64,000 bases of DNA, taken from NCBI GenBank assembly GCA_976226885.1, contig OZ320315.1, forward strand, positions 51,584,001 to 51,648,000. The letters are read 5' to 3'. This document shows, piece after piece, positions 51,871 through 64,000 of this stretch. Under the pieces are notes generated by a model that was given only the letters and a program-made list of their open reading frames with translations, was not told where the DNA came from and did no database searches. The stretch's first letter is position 1. Each line of letters begins with the position of its first letter. The DNA comes from Iphione sp. A-MEVVRFRX5. Lineage: Eukaryota. The position numbers were made by a program, and so were the translations under genes.

Positions 51871-54497
51871 GGACCAGGATGTTTACCAGAAAAACGCTTG
51901 TTAATTTAAAATTATACAATACCACACAATGTGAAATCCTTTGCCAAATAGAGTTATATTACAAGTAGTTATCAAATAGAAAGTCAAATTATGCTTGCGC
52001 CATTTATGAAAATATTAACATAGAGTGTACCTTAATATCATTCGTTCAAAATTAAACTTCTTTCTATTATCCTTTGTACTTAATTTTACAGGGTGCGAGG
52101 ACTGAGACTTGAGTAGGTGTGCGATAGTGAAAACCATATAATCTCCGATAAAGAAACGTTGTATTTTCTCTGTCAGGATCGCTCGTCGAAACTGCTTTAC
52201 TTTGACTTTGATCAAAGGCATTTTTACCAGAGAACCCGATGTCATCAGTGTGGCACTCTGCATCCTTTCTTGTTCTTGTGTGAGACGCCTTGAAGAAGAT
52301 GAATCGTTTCTCTCCCTTCTCTTAAGGGGAAGCTGATGTTAACACTTTACTTTAGCCCCTTCGTCGATGTGTCTGTTGATCGATGCGCCTTTAAATGGGG
52401 AAGCCACTGTATTCCGTCTGTCATCTGATGAAAGAGGATTCAAACTGAAACAAGACGACGTGTACATTGATATTGATCAATGATAAATTTGAACCTGACC
52501 AATAGGCCTGTTGAGATGAATCTCTAAGGTTCACCTCAAATTAACTAGTTATTCGCCGGGCAATAATTCAGCCTCATTGCGTATCCATGGACATGAGAAC
52601 TTTCAGCTGCTTCAGGTGTAAAACCTATTTCTGCGTGCTCGCCTGTCTGGCACCAGGCAATTCTGGCCTACCAAGGCATAAGGCAGTTAATGCAAAAAAG
52701 GAAAACTGAAGAAAAAATCTCACCAAAGTTTTTCCTATGTCTAAGTTTTACTTTTATATGAATAAAAAAGTAACATATTTGACTTGCATTCTGAATGGGG
52801 GAAATTTTTGTTTTTACACTATATTTAGATCTTTTAACGACCCAAATCAGATCTACTGCGGAAGCTACTATCTGCCTTGGTATAAGGGGGCGTAAAGAAA
52901 AAATGTCAAGCCAAAAGGCAGCATCGATCACTTAATGCCTTTTGATTTATAACATTTGGTTCCCCTAGAGTCTGTCGGATAAACAGTATTGTCAGTTATG
53001 TGATCATCAGTTAAGGGGGGGGGGGGCATTACTATAATACAGCATGCCTTATCAAGGTAAAAGCCAGTACTATCAAGTAATCATACAAGGTCAGTTTGAA
53101 GTGTACAATCCTTTTTAAAGTTTACGAATGAAGTAAAAGGGCAAATGCTGTGTGAATTTATTGTGTCGTTCCGTTAACCAAACTGTGTGAATCTGTAACC
53201 ACTATTTTCCTGTTAACTCTTGTATTTTATCATTCATTTTTGAACTGTTCTCTCCAGATTTTCACTCGAAGCTAAGTGCCTCGGCATCTTCTTCGGTGTG
53301 TGAAACATACCATGCCCTATCTTACTGCCGGTCAACTTGCAGATTTGATGAATTATATATGGACTGAGGTTACGGCATCCTGGGCAAGTTACCTGCGTCA
53401 AAGATAATTCTCGTCCTGCTCTATGAACCCAGAGCGTTTGGCATAATCTAATAAAAGTGAGCATCTTCAGAATAGCCTCACATAGTATTATGTATTTTAT
53501 ATCTATAAATACTTTTTTGATCTGGACGCCTAGGCTGACATCGTTTGCCTTCGGACCCTTTCGTGTAGTTGTCTACTTCTAACAAATATATATTGGATGT
53601 TTTCCTAGAAACTAGCTACGGTCTATACGGTCTGTAGGTACAGTGCCTCTGAGGTATGGAGCAGCCCGGGGACCATGAATGATATATAGGCCTACTAAAA
53701 GCAGATGATAGCACCCGACAAGTAGTGACAAACGTACTCTGGAAACATGTACGGAAATGAAATTTATTCAGGGTGGGGTGCGCTCTGGGCCATCGGTATT
53801 CTTATCCTGTTCAACACATTTTTCTTCATTAGTGGAACATATCCACCCTCCGCTGCCCTTTTAACACAATGTCACCGGTATCCTGCCATCAGATGATTGT
53901 ACAGGGACATCGGTCATGGACTGGATGGGCCACATTGAGAAAACTGCCCATGCCTGACTTTGTGCACAGAATCGAGAAGGGCTCAGTCATTTGAAATCTT
54001 TTTCATGGAGCACGTTTGGCTGTAAAAAGACTTGCTTTTCTCATACAGCTGGTGAAGAAGGAACTGGAGAGCGATGGTCATTCTTCGTCTTCATTGTCGT
54101 CTATTTCCATCTATCTTATCCTCTGACACCATTGATAAACATTGATTTTACATTCAGTGTATACTAGAGTTGACCTGTAGAAGATCTACAGGTATCAGGC
54201 ATATAATCTAAGTTGATTCCTCGCAATCTTTAAGTATCTATAGGCATTTGTACTTAGATGTGATGCATATATATATGTATATATTGGTAGACAACAAGAC
54301 ACAAATTGGAGGTATAAGATGCACACAATTTAGGCTATATTAAGGACAAAAGTAAAAGATTTTTCAAGTGAGTGGCGGTTGAATGGGAACATTCCACCAT
54401 ATAGAGACTGCTTCACAGATAAGACCATTGTAGCTAAGTGACCCTGGTATATTACTAGGTTGTCCTTACAATATACAAATAAACACCTTATTTGTGG

Positions 54498-54520
54498 ATA
54501 TATATATATATATATATATA
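54498..54520. repeat. (TA)n microsatellite at the Ngaro 3' junction
   Basis: Direct reading. Confidence 0.95.
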
Positions 54521-54799
54521 TTTAGACAGACTACACACCGACACACAAATTGGGTAGACATACACAATGAGGTTTTATTCTTACAAAATTTAAATCTGAA
54601 TGACGGTTCAGTAAAGATCGTATTCTATACTAAGCAAGACGTCACATCGTTGTCTAGGTGAATGGTACGTGCAGGTTTCACCATCATAACAATATTCACA
54701 TAAATGCCTTATATAGAATATTGACAGACTACACAGCGACACCCAAATTGGGTAGACATAAACAATTAGGCCAACCCAAGAGAAGAAAAAAAAATTATC

Positions 54800-55530
54800 C
54801 TGCTTCAACTGTTGGGCATCTGAATTCTTAATATATTTAAACACTGCATTACTGGACCAACCTCAGCTCTCCTTAATGGAATACAATCGCAAACCTAACC
54901 TAGCCATAGGAGTAGCACCCCCCCCCTCAATGAATGAGAGGATAACCTCACAGCTAAACCTGCAGAAGAAGAATTAGTCTTCAAACTACCTTGGAAGTTT
55001 TTATAATCAAAACAAACTGTCTTGCCTGCAACGATATAGGACAAGGCTGGACAATCATCACCACACCTATTCAAAGAAAACATCAAACGTAACCAATACA
55101 CCAAACAAAATCTCCTATCATCGCAGGACGAAACCATAATAGACCTAGGCTTCAGACACATCTGATCTATTTTTAAACGCCTAATCAAAATCCTGACACC
55201 CTTCTGCACAAATGTGATATCTCTCCTCTGAATCCCTCCATAGCCCATGAAGTGGTTTTTCCTGAGTAGGTATCTTAAACCTAGTAGAATATCACACGAA
55301 AAAATCATCCAAAACATTGAATCAAATCTCAATCTATTAATAATAGAAACTAAATCCTCAACACTAATATCAAGCCGCCTACGACCAGCCAAAACCCACT
55401 TTACTTTGTAATCATTAACATCTGGAGACACCAAGCTCCTAATTTTATGAGAAAAAACTAGACCACTAAGGTAAGTAGGAATAGAGCCAACTCTCAATCT
55501 GAAACTCATATATGCACAATATCTTCTCAA
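54800..55530 (-). pseudogene. Tyrosine recombinase (YR)
   Basis: ..YLLRK..SSHSLRGG/GAT..GWSSNAVFKYI carries the R..HxxR..W..Y tetrad; frameshift in the G-run. Confidence 0.88.
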
Positions 55531-55559
55531 CTACATACATGACTTGACAAATCCCAAGA

Positions 55560-56500
55560 AATAATCTTCCCCACTCCATTGAACATACTTGTAAACGAAG
55601 ACCACCACTTCAAGCCATCTACTACCAAACTAGATGAACTAATAGGACATCTTTGGCAGGTCCTCCATAAAATCATATTGTATTGTTCACAGGGGGGGGG
55701 GGTCAAGGCTTAGCTAATAACGCTTCACCAAGAATTCAGATCATCTGTAACGCTTAAGAAGTAGGAAATAACGCTTCATCAAGAATTCATTCTGTGATAA
55801 TGAATCACTAGTAATTGCTCCTTAACGTTTCACCACTATTTAGAAGGAGTAATAATGTTTCACTCTGAATTAAGATCAATAACGTTTCACCAAAATAGTT
55901 GACACCCCCTGTTTGTTCTCCAAGCAACTTTCATAAGAGTCAACAACTACCACAAAATCATCCATGTAATTCACCATTGTCTGGCCTTTCTTGTCCTCAA
56001 ATTCACCGGCAATAAAATCAGATATCTGCGTGAAATATATGACGCACAACGTAGACCAAATGTAAGAGTATTACTAACATAAAAACTCCTACGATCATCT
56101 TCCTCCGAAGAGAAACCTTGAAATTTTCTGCATTCGGGTTTCACTGATACTGAACAGTATGCATTTGTCCACCACTGACAAAAAGTCCCCTTCTCGCAAA
56201 AAACCCAAACATCCTTGACTGACTTATAAGAGAATTCTTCAAATAAACCTTCCATGTTGTTGTTAATACAGATTCCCGCTGGCCTGGAACAATAGGGCGT
56301 GGCGAACCATCATCCTTGGGAAACCCCCATGGCACAAACACACTGGGCCTTTTTATCTACCTCTTTTATGAAGCTCTGGATCAACTCCTTTCTAATTTTG
56401 CTGGTCATCTACTCCTGGAACTGATCAGACTCAATTGACCTGTAATTTCTACAGAAATATGTATTTTCAAAGCTATCATTTACAATTTTGAAGCCCCTGC
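55560..56500 (-). pseudogene. DIRS/Ngaro reverse transcriptase remnant (RNase H largely deleted)
   Basis: GFKI..NYRS; PKDDGSPRPI; LTFGLRCASYI; VNYMDDFVVV; LKWWSSF..FNG. Confidence 0.85.
55689..55912. mobile_element. 224-bp MITE with a 6-bp TSD inserted in the Ngaro RT
   Basis: TIRs ACAGGGGG(G/T)G..TCAA / TTGACACCCCCTGT; TTGTTC at 55683-55688 and 55913-55918; internal AATAACG(C/T)TTCA repeats. Confidence 0.85.
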
Positions 56501-56899
56501 AAATACCGGCCCAGATATATGCCTGTTTTTCTAGAATGTGCGAACCAAAACCACACCCTTTAAAGAATCTGCATGGAAATAGTTTACTCTTCACTCCTTT
56601 AAGGACGTATTCAGAACTACACACATTCAGAAGACATCTCATATACTGGAATAATATGAACATCATCCAAAACCACATATACAGGCTTTTTACTAACCAC
56701 AACGGGGTGGACAGCATCAGAACATGAATCTTTAGCACACATGTCAAGAGTCATCCAGTTGATACCATCTTTTTGATGGTTATCAAAATAGTCCAACACA
56801 CCTGAAAATGAATCATCACAATGAGTCTTGACAAACATAGTTCTCCTCCAACCTCACAAAATCTGGAAAGAAACACCTCATAGCATTAGCCAGAAACAG

Positions 56900-57800
56900 A
56901 ATGGTTGGACTGCTCCACTTCCACTCATTTTTTGCCTTGCTTCGGGTCCTTCGACTTGGCAGTTTTGTTAATGTTCGAGGGGTATTCAGATACACCACAT
57001 ACCAAGCAGGCATGCTTAAAATTACAGGCATTTTCATGGCAAGTGCCATTATCAAACTGATAACACACCTTTTCCGATCTCTTGGCATAGTCCATAGAGC
57101 GTTTCGATTTCATTCTTGACTACCCCCCCGACTGCTACCAACACCATCTTAGGTCATCATATCAAATGAGAAGTGGCTATGAATCAAATCATCATCACCA
57201 AATTTAAAGTGACGAATACCCTTTTTCACTGCCCTCTTGCGGTTGTCAGTATCATAATTGATGAAAGAAGGATCCTTGTACACATTTTTGATATGCTTTT
57301 ATAACACAAACAGGATGTGATCCAGATAACCAGAAATATTTGCACCTCTTTGAGAGTCGTGCTGTACAAAGTTCACCGACTCATCAAAATTACTAACTTT
57401 TTTAACTTTAGCAGGCGATGTGATGTTAAAGTCTTTATTCTTACCCTTCGGTCTTTTCCTCTTGCTTTCATCCACATCCTCGCTATCAGAGGATCCTGAT
57501 GATGAACTCTCCCTAGAGCCAGACGAGATGTCAACATCTGCCTCCTTGTCAACTGTGCCATTAGACCCTTCCTTCAACAATGATGATTTTTTCCTTGCTC
57601 ATAGAAGCAAGGAACATTGTGAACATGTCCTCAAGATGGCCAATCCTAGATGACATATCATCGGCAACACCATTACTAGGCCCTTTGACATGGTCAGTAC
57701 CATTCAACGGGGCAAGAGAAAATTCATCACCAGACTTGACATCAAAATCACACCAATCCAACGATGGGTCAGCATTTTCCTTGAAACAAAACGACATTTC
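56900..57800 (-). pseudogene. Ngaro gag-like ORF1 remnant with CCCH-type zinc finger
   Basis: VCYQFDNGTCHENACNFKHACLVCG, preceded by a Ser/Asp/Lys-rich region. Confidence 0.75.
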
Positions 57801-58439
57801 TTCCCCACTCGGGCACTAGGCCAGTGTCTACCCATCCTGATATAATATGGTAGGCTAACTAAGCACTAAGCCAACACACGTCTTGGTGCCACAAAAAAAT
57901 CAATCTGAATGACGGTTGAGGGAAGATCGCATTCCATACTAAGCAAGACTTCACATTATTGTCTAGGTGAGTGGTACATGCATGTTTCGTCATATAACAT
58001 TCATATAAATGCCTTACATGGAATATATACCATATCCCATCCACGATTCCCCATGTTGTCTCGCTCTCGTGTACAATGTGCTTTAGCTATCCGAGATATT
58101 TCGAAATTTTTGTGCTATAGTGATATATGCAAAGAGAAATAACGATTGCGGTCATGCATTAATTCTTGTAGCACACCAGTTGTCTGTTTCTACATAATCC
58201 CCACACTGAAAAACATCATCCTAGGAAATAAATGTGATAGGTGTGGATGAGACACATGACTTAGTTTACTAATTCGGCCATGTTGATATTATAATACTGC
58301 CACGTGCGCAAGTCGCCATCATTGTGAAATAATGGTAGATGGAGGGATATTCTGCTATCTCTGCTATTCTGATGATCGTTCTATCTTCCATATCCATGCA
58401 GTCCAGAAACACTACATTTCATACCATTTTATTTGCTGC

Positions 58440-61400
58440 ATGGAGTGAATACTTGAAATCCAAACACAGACCGTTTCAGACAAAAACGTTCGGATTTCTG
58501 ATATTTCAGATTTCGAATAGTGGCCTAATGATGCCTCGAGTACCTCTCCTGTTGAAAAATTCAGACTAATTAATCCGAAAATTGGCAAAACTCAGCCAAA
58601 CTCGTTCAAAAATCAGCAAAACTCAAGCAAATTCATATGAAAATTGCCAAAACTCTGGCAAATTTATCCAAAAATTGCTAAAGCAGCCAAATTGGTGGGA
58701 GAGCAGTGAATGGTGACCAACATGTGGAGGAGGCATGAATTTCAATGAGTAGCTTAACCCTTTGGTTCATAACAAACTTGGGGGAGAGCGGCCAATGGTG
58801 CATGGCCATCACATGGAGGAGGTGCACATTCTTCAATGAGTATAGCTATCCCTTTGATTTATAAAAAACGTGTGGAATCCTTCGAGGGGCATTTGGTTTT
58901 GGGGTATTATTTTAATGTTTTTTTTCACAAAATAAGAGCATTTAGATTTGGAAATCGAATATTTGGTTATACGAGTAGCTATTGAAAAACAATTCGGTGC
59001 AGGACAAAGTCTCCAGATTTAAGAAAATTCGATTTTGGAGTTTGCTGTTTTTGAATATGCTCTGTAGATGATTGAATGCATCATGCATTTTATTAAAAGA
59101 CAAAAAGAAATTATTTTGTTTATACAGTATGTGTATATCATTAGAAACTATATGTAAAGATGTTCATCAGTTACGATCATAACGAAAGATTAGAGAAAAA
59201 TAATAGAACATCCCCCTGTTACCGAGTCCACTTAGTGATTCTAGGAGCGTGCTGGGTTGGAGTTGACTGCAGTACTTCTGCTCCATGGAGAAGTCATTAT
59301 CCTATTAAAAAATACTGATGATGTCCTTTCAAAATATATCCCGCGCAAAAAATCATGTACACATTTCCAAGTTAAAGTCAAGATCAGAGAGTTGAGACCA
59401 TACCCCCCAAACACACCAGACGGGTTCATGGTGATATGTATTCACAGATTGTCTGGAATATTCCAGTCATGAAATACAGTCTTCAACCATTTAGAGAACC
59501 TCATTAAAATATCATCAGGTTTATCGATAATATGCAAAGTTACAGTCGAAAATATCAAATCACAGCAGGATGTATGCCTTGAAATGCACTCCAGCGAGTC
59601 ATCGTGTACACTTGTATCTTGCTGAATTCTTGTATGCATGACAAGTGTAAGGATACTTGCCGTCATCAAAGGGTTAATACAGGAGAACAACATCTATCGA
59701 GGTACAAAACGGTATTAGACCGCAAATTGTTTAAAGCAGAAAATGAGGTTTGTATGATTTTGACAAATACTACCACTACCTTTCATGCCAGGGAAGGTAT
59801 TGCTATTTAAAATCATCTACGAGCAGGACTTTCCAAAATCATCCTGCCTTTCTATTGAACACTTTGGTAATACTGCCTTTCTTGTTAAGCACTTTGCTAA
59901 AGAATTCCCAATTACCAACCTTTAAATTCATTACAGAACAGGTCAGCTTCCAAGTAATGAAGAAATGACCCTAATATATTCTAATTGATCGAATAAAATA
60001 CTCACCCAATTAATACGAGATCTAATAAAAGGAACTTGAAGGAAGGGCATTGTGTGCCCATGGGCAGTTTTTGTCAAGAATTCGATTTACATAAGTTTCA
60101 ATTTAGGGCAGCCGTATACAGTTTTATGGTCGTGGTCTAAATCATAATAGAAGGATTGAAGGAAACGATATTGCTTCTTTGATTTAAGGTCGATGAACTT
60201 AAATTGATTGCGCCGTTTCTGGGATAGGAGAAGAAATCCCTGCACCTTTCTTTACTTTCCCAATTGTGGAGACAAGTGTTCCGAGTATAGTCACCAGGAG
60301 GCAGCCTTGTGAAGTACACGTGCAGCCAGGTTCACATGGAATTGTTTGGTGACGCCACAATCGACATTTTCTCGCCATGAGTTATGGTGCAGCCGCCAGG
60401 TGGCAGACCATCGACCCGCAGTCTACGCCAAATGATGGCTATTTGATGTGATTGCCTTTATTTCTGCGTCAAAAGAAAATCAAGAGTGACATGCGTTGCG
60501 ATTTCTTGAAAAAGTAGATGATATTGTAATGTGTTTTAGATCTTGAGCTCTGGAAGCCACAGAGCTAAAAATAAGATGTCAGAGTTAAAAATAACCATTG
60601 CATTTAATGCAGTTTCATATGAAACAGTTCCATATGACACAGTGACATGACGCAGTTACTCCAGAACATTCCATGGTCTGGGACTTGTCCCTGATCCGGG
60701 GTAAACTATTATGGATCATGGATCATAGATCATGGGTCATGGATTACGGATAGCATATCATATGGTGTGGCACTACACACGCCACAATATCGTACTTTTT
60801 TAGTGGTTGCCCCTGGTCACAGCACTTTTGGAAAACATCAAACAGCTAAACTATCTCTTTTGTGGTATAATTCTTTTTCAATTTCAACCGCTAAAATCTG
60901 CCCAGAGCGACTTTGAATGAAATCAATGTTGAAGTAGTTTAAACAAATATCACTCTCAGCCAAAATTGCATGGGACAGAGGAAAGTCGAAATCCGAACAC
61001 TTGAAAACCAAATTTTCCAAAATCGGAACGATATTTCTGGGAACCAAATGTTTCTCTCTATATAGATATTCATATAACAGAAATATTCACTGTCCGAATC
61101 CAAACGGTGTTATTTTTTAAAATACATAGAAATTATATTCAAAAACCGAATGCTCTGAGGCAAACTGATGGCTCGGCCCAGTCGCTCTCCCCCAAGTTCA
61201 TTATAAATCAAGGGGAAACGCTGCTGTTTGATGAGCTCGCACCTCGGCGAGCTGTCAGCTCTCTCATGTTGCCCCCCCCCACAAGTTTGTTATAAATCAA
61301 AGAGAGACATTACTGTTTGATGAACTCGCACCTCAGTGAGCTGATGGCAAACGCTGATCACTCTCCCTCAAGTTCGGTACCATTTGATGATCTCAGGTTT

Positions 61401-61692
61401 AGAATGGTTCAAAATAATTACATGATTTATGTCATTTTTTAGAGGTATGCATGGTCAAAAGTAAGTTTACAGAGGTTTTTTCAACATTATTTCAGGTTTA
61501 GAATAGTTCACATTAATTACATGATTTATTTCATTTTTGTAGGTATGGAAGGTGTTGAGGTAGGGCCTAGGGCCCCACTTAACTGATTGAAAACGACAGC
61601 TGCCTCAGGCCACTGTTCAAAATCCAAATTTTCCGAAATCTGAACGATTTCGGCGGAAACGGCGATTGTTCAGATTTCAAATATCCTCTGTA
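58440..61692. mobile_element. Possible foldback-like non-autonomous element with long, modular, imperfect inverted arms
   Basis: The reverse complement of 58445-58500 aligns by eye to 61635-61690. The ~85-90-bp tandem at 58695-58870 has an inverted relative at 61170-61380. The right end reads CTCTG|TA. Confidence 0.45.
60390..60406 (+). promoter_or_regulatory. CTCF-like motif
   Basis: CAGCCGCCAGGTGGCAG is a close consensus match. Confidence 0.4.
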
Positions 61693-64000
61693 TGTACATG
61701 TATATATCAAAAAATAATCATTGCACTTTTGTAAGATTGCAGATTATTCAGCGTTGGATCCAGTCTCAGAATGTGTTCCTAACTGTGCGAGAAAACTGAG
61801 GTCTTTCTAATTCTTGATGTAGCCTGGAATGCTCAGGCTCACTCTAATTATTTAAAACCAAGATAGAGGAAAACATCCATCTATAATGCTCTCATTGATC
61901 TTCTGACCACCTACGTACTTTTGTTATATAGATGTACAATAAACGAGTAAATCAGACTTTGAACTTTGAACTTTGAAATCACATAAACAGTCGAACTTGG
62001 TGGGGGCGATCACCTGGTGGACCTGGTGAAAGTGGTCACCTCCGTGAGGGGGTTGCCCCTTGGTGATGGATTTCCATTCTCCCTGTCTCCCACCAAAGTA
62101 ACTTAGACATGTTATATTATTACCCTCCCTCTTTTAAAACGGCTGCCGGAAACAGGTTGCCCAGTGTGCCACTTCCTTCCCTCTAGACCAACCAATGAGT
62201 GTCCTTCTTACAAAAGGGTTTAGGGTTTGTTTTGGAATTCCCCAATGATGACGTCATCATGGGAAAGCCCTAAAGCAGCAGGACAGGGCTGGGTGCCCAA
62301 GAAGAACCTGTCGCAGTTTTTAATACCTGTGTCGCATCCCCCCCCTAAAAAAAAATTCAGCACTAAATCAGTGGTTAAAGAATGGGGAGATGGAAACAGA
62401 GAGAGAGAGAGGGAGAGTGAGTGTCTATCAACTATGAGTGCAAGTGCAGAAGGTGCTTGTTAAGAACAAAACGAGCACTTCTCACACACGGAGGTGACCA
62501 AATCGCTCCCGACACCTGGCGGAGCTCCGATTCTCGTTCCTTTAAAGGGATACCATACCTGGGAGAGGTGTGACCTCGCTTCCAAAAACCTTGGAAGAGT
62601 CGCGATTCCTGCTCTTTTGTCTAACGAATAATAATTGCGTTCTTTCACTCATTAAATTCAGCCCTTTTAGACTTTTTTACCCCCACTCATCAAATTCTCT
62701 TACTCGTCAAATCCAACACTTTAAGAAGTCTTTACATATATAGCATGTCTAAGGCAAATGGTCGCGACGGGCTGTTGGTCATTAACTGGGTATCGACTGT
62801 ATAAATATGCCATCACTCCAAGGTTGGAGCCATTCAAATGTACCTGTATATATGCGAGTATCTACATGTACTGAAAAGGTCAATGTTATGTCTCTCATTT
62901 TTTAGAAATGACCGCAGCCTAGAGCACATCGTACTCACATTTAACACAAATTGATCTGTGGATCAAAATATTCTTGAACCAATAAGGATACAATACATAC
63001 GTAGGCGTATGACTTTGATGTCAACCCTCTATACAATTTTCTTTGGGTCGGTTAGATACACATTAAACGATGGTATATAATGGCGTTCACTGCGCTATGC
63101 ATAATTGATATAAGGCCGGAGAGAATGGTCTCGTACGTGAATCAGCATGACAGGATGGGGATCACTGCGGAAAACTGTCTCACATAAATTATGGACAGCT
63201 GCTTAAAGGTCATAAGAGATTAGGCCAAAGATGACCAAAGGATACCAAAAATAGGCACCGCAAAATGTCTTTATCTGTATTGTTCTAAAACATAGGTACT
63301 TGATGGACAATTGTATAAAAAAAAACTTGCTGGTAAGGTGCTCTTTTGCAGGTGGTTGGTTCTAATCTTGGGACAGCTGTTCCCCATTTGGTAGACAAGA
63401 CCAAAAAAAATTACAGAATACAGTGCCACATTCATGATATAATTAAGTTTGACCCTACAGCCAGATTTATTGTATTATTGACTTGAAGCAGTGGTCTGTA
63501 CGAAATGCACCTGACCAACGCATCCTTCTCTTCCCCGTCCCAGTCAATCAGAAGGGTAAAAATAGAGTCCAATATCAGTCTACCGCACCTCAACTGTTCT
63601 CAGACGTAGTCCGCCTTGACACTCTGCCTGACAAATGGTGCTACAGGTGCAGCCCTGACTGTCGTGTGCCTTGGTTTCAGCTTAGTTTGGCCCATCTCAA
63701 TGACTCGCCAGCCTTCGGCATCTTGACCTTTACAATCAGTTGAACGATCTCGATAGATTAGCCTTTGAGGCCGATGTTGGCGTAATGGTCCTGGCACATT
63801 GGTTGTCCTGCTAATCACTGCAAAGATAGGAGGCAAAATGGATGTCCGGCATGTCTACTGATGGGGCTTTCTATACTGCACTACAAAAGTGACTACTGTT
63901 CTCAATAAATGCTATGCTCAATCCATGCTGCCCTCGGCTCTCGGCATTCTTGCACATGCCTCCTCATTCCAACCTGTTTTCAATATCCAGTATAATATGT

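Larger units (their letters stand above)
54522..58026 (-). mobile_element. Ngaro-type (DIRS order) tyrosine-recombinase retrotransposon, decayed
   Basis: Split direct repeats A1 57902-58026 / B1 54721-54770, A2 54593-54720, B2 54522-54572, enclosing gag-like, RT and YR remnants. Confidence 0.88.

Noticed and set aside
62215-62230. Telomeric repeat
   Set aside because: A single TTAGGG only.

Overview
Repeat-rich, intron-containing eukaryotic (animal, probably invertebrate bilaterian) DNA. I found no prokaryotic operon, CRISPR array, rRNA or convincing tRNA. The main result is at 188-8130, which reads as the 3' half of a decayed Ty3/Gypsy LTR retroelement on the minus strand with an unusual layout: integrase C-terminus (-), then a ~610-codon F-type envelope-like gene on the OPPOSITE strand (+, split by a Tigger/pogo insertion), then a ~800-codon sense ORF with two N-terminal C2H2 zinc fingers, then PPT and a 192-bp LTR. 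The rest holds fragmented L2/CR1-like and RTE LINEs, a Penelope-like remnant with a minimal hammerhead ribozyme, several MITEs, two more Tigger remnants, an Ngaro-type tyrosine-recombinase retrotransposon with split direct repeats (54522-58026), and exons of an unidentified minus-strand single-pass membrane protein gene (21862-30493). All family assignments are from manual translation and motif recognition, with no database searches. Ends of decayed elements are approximate.
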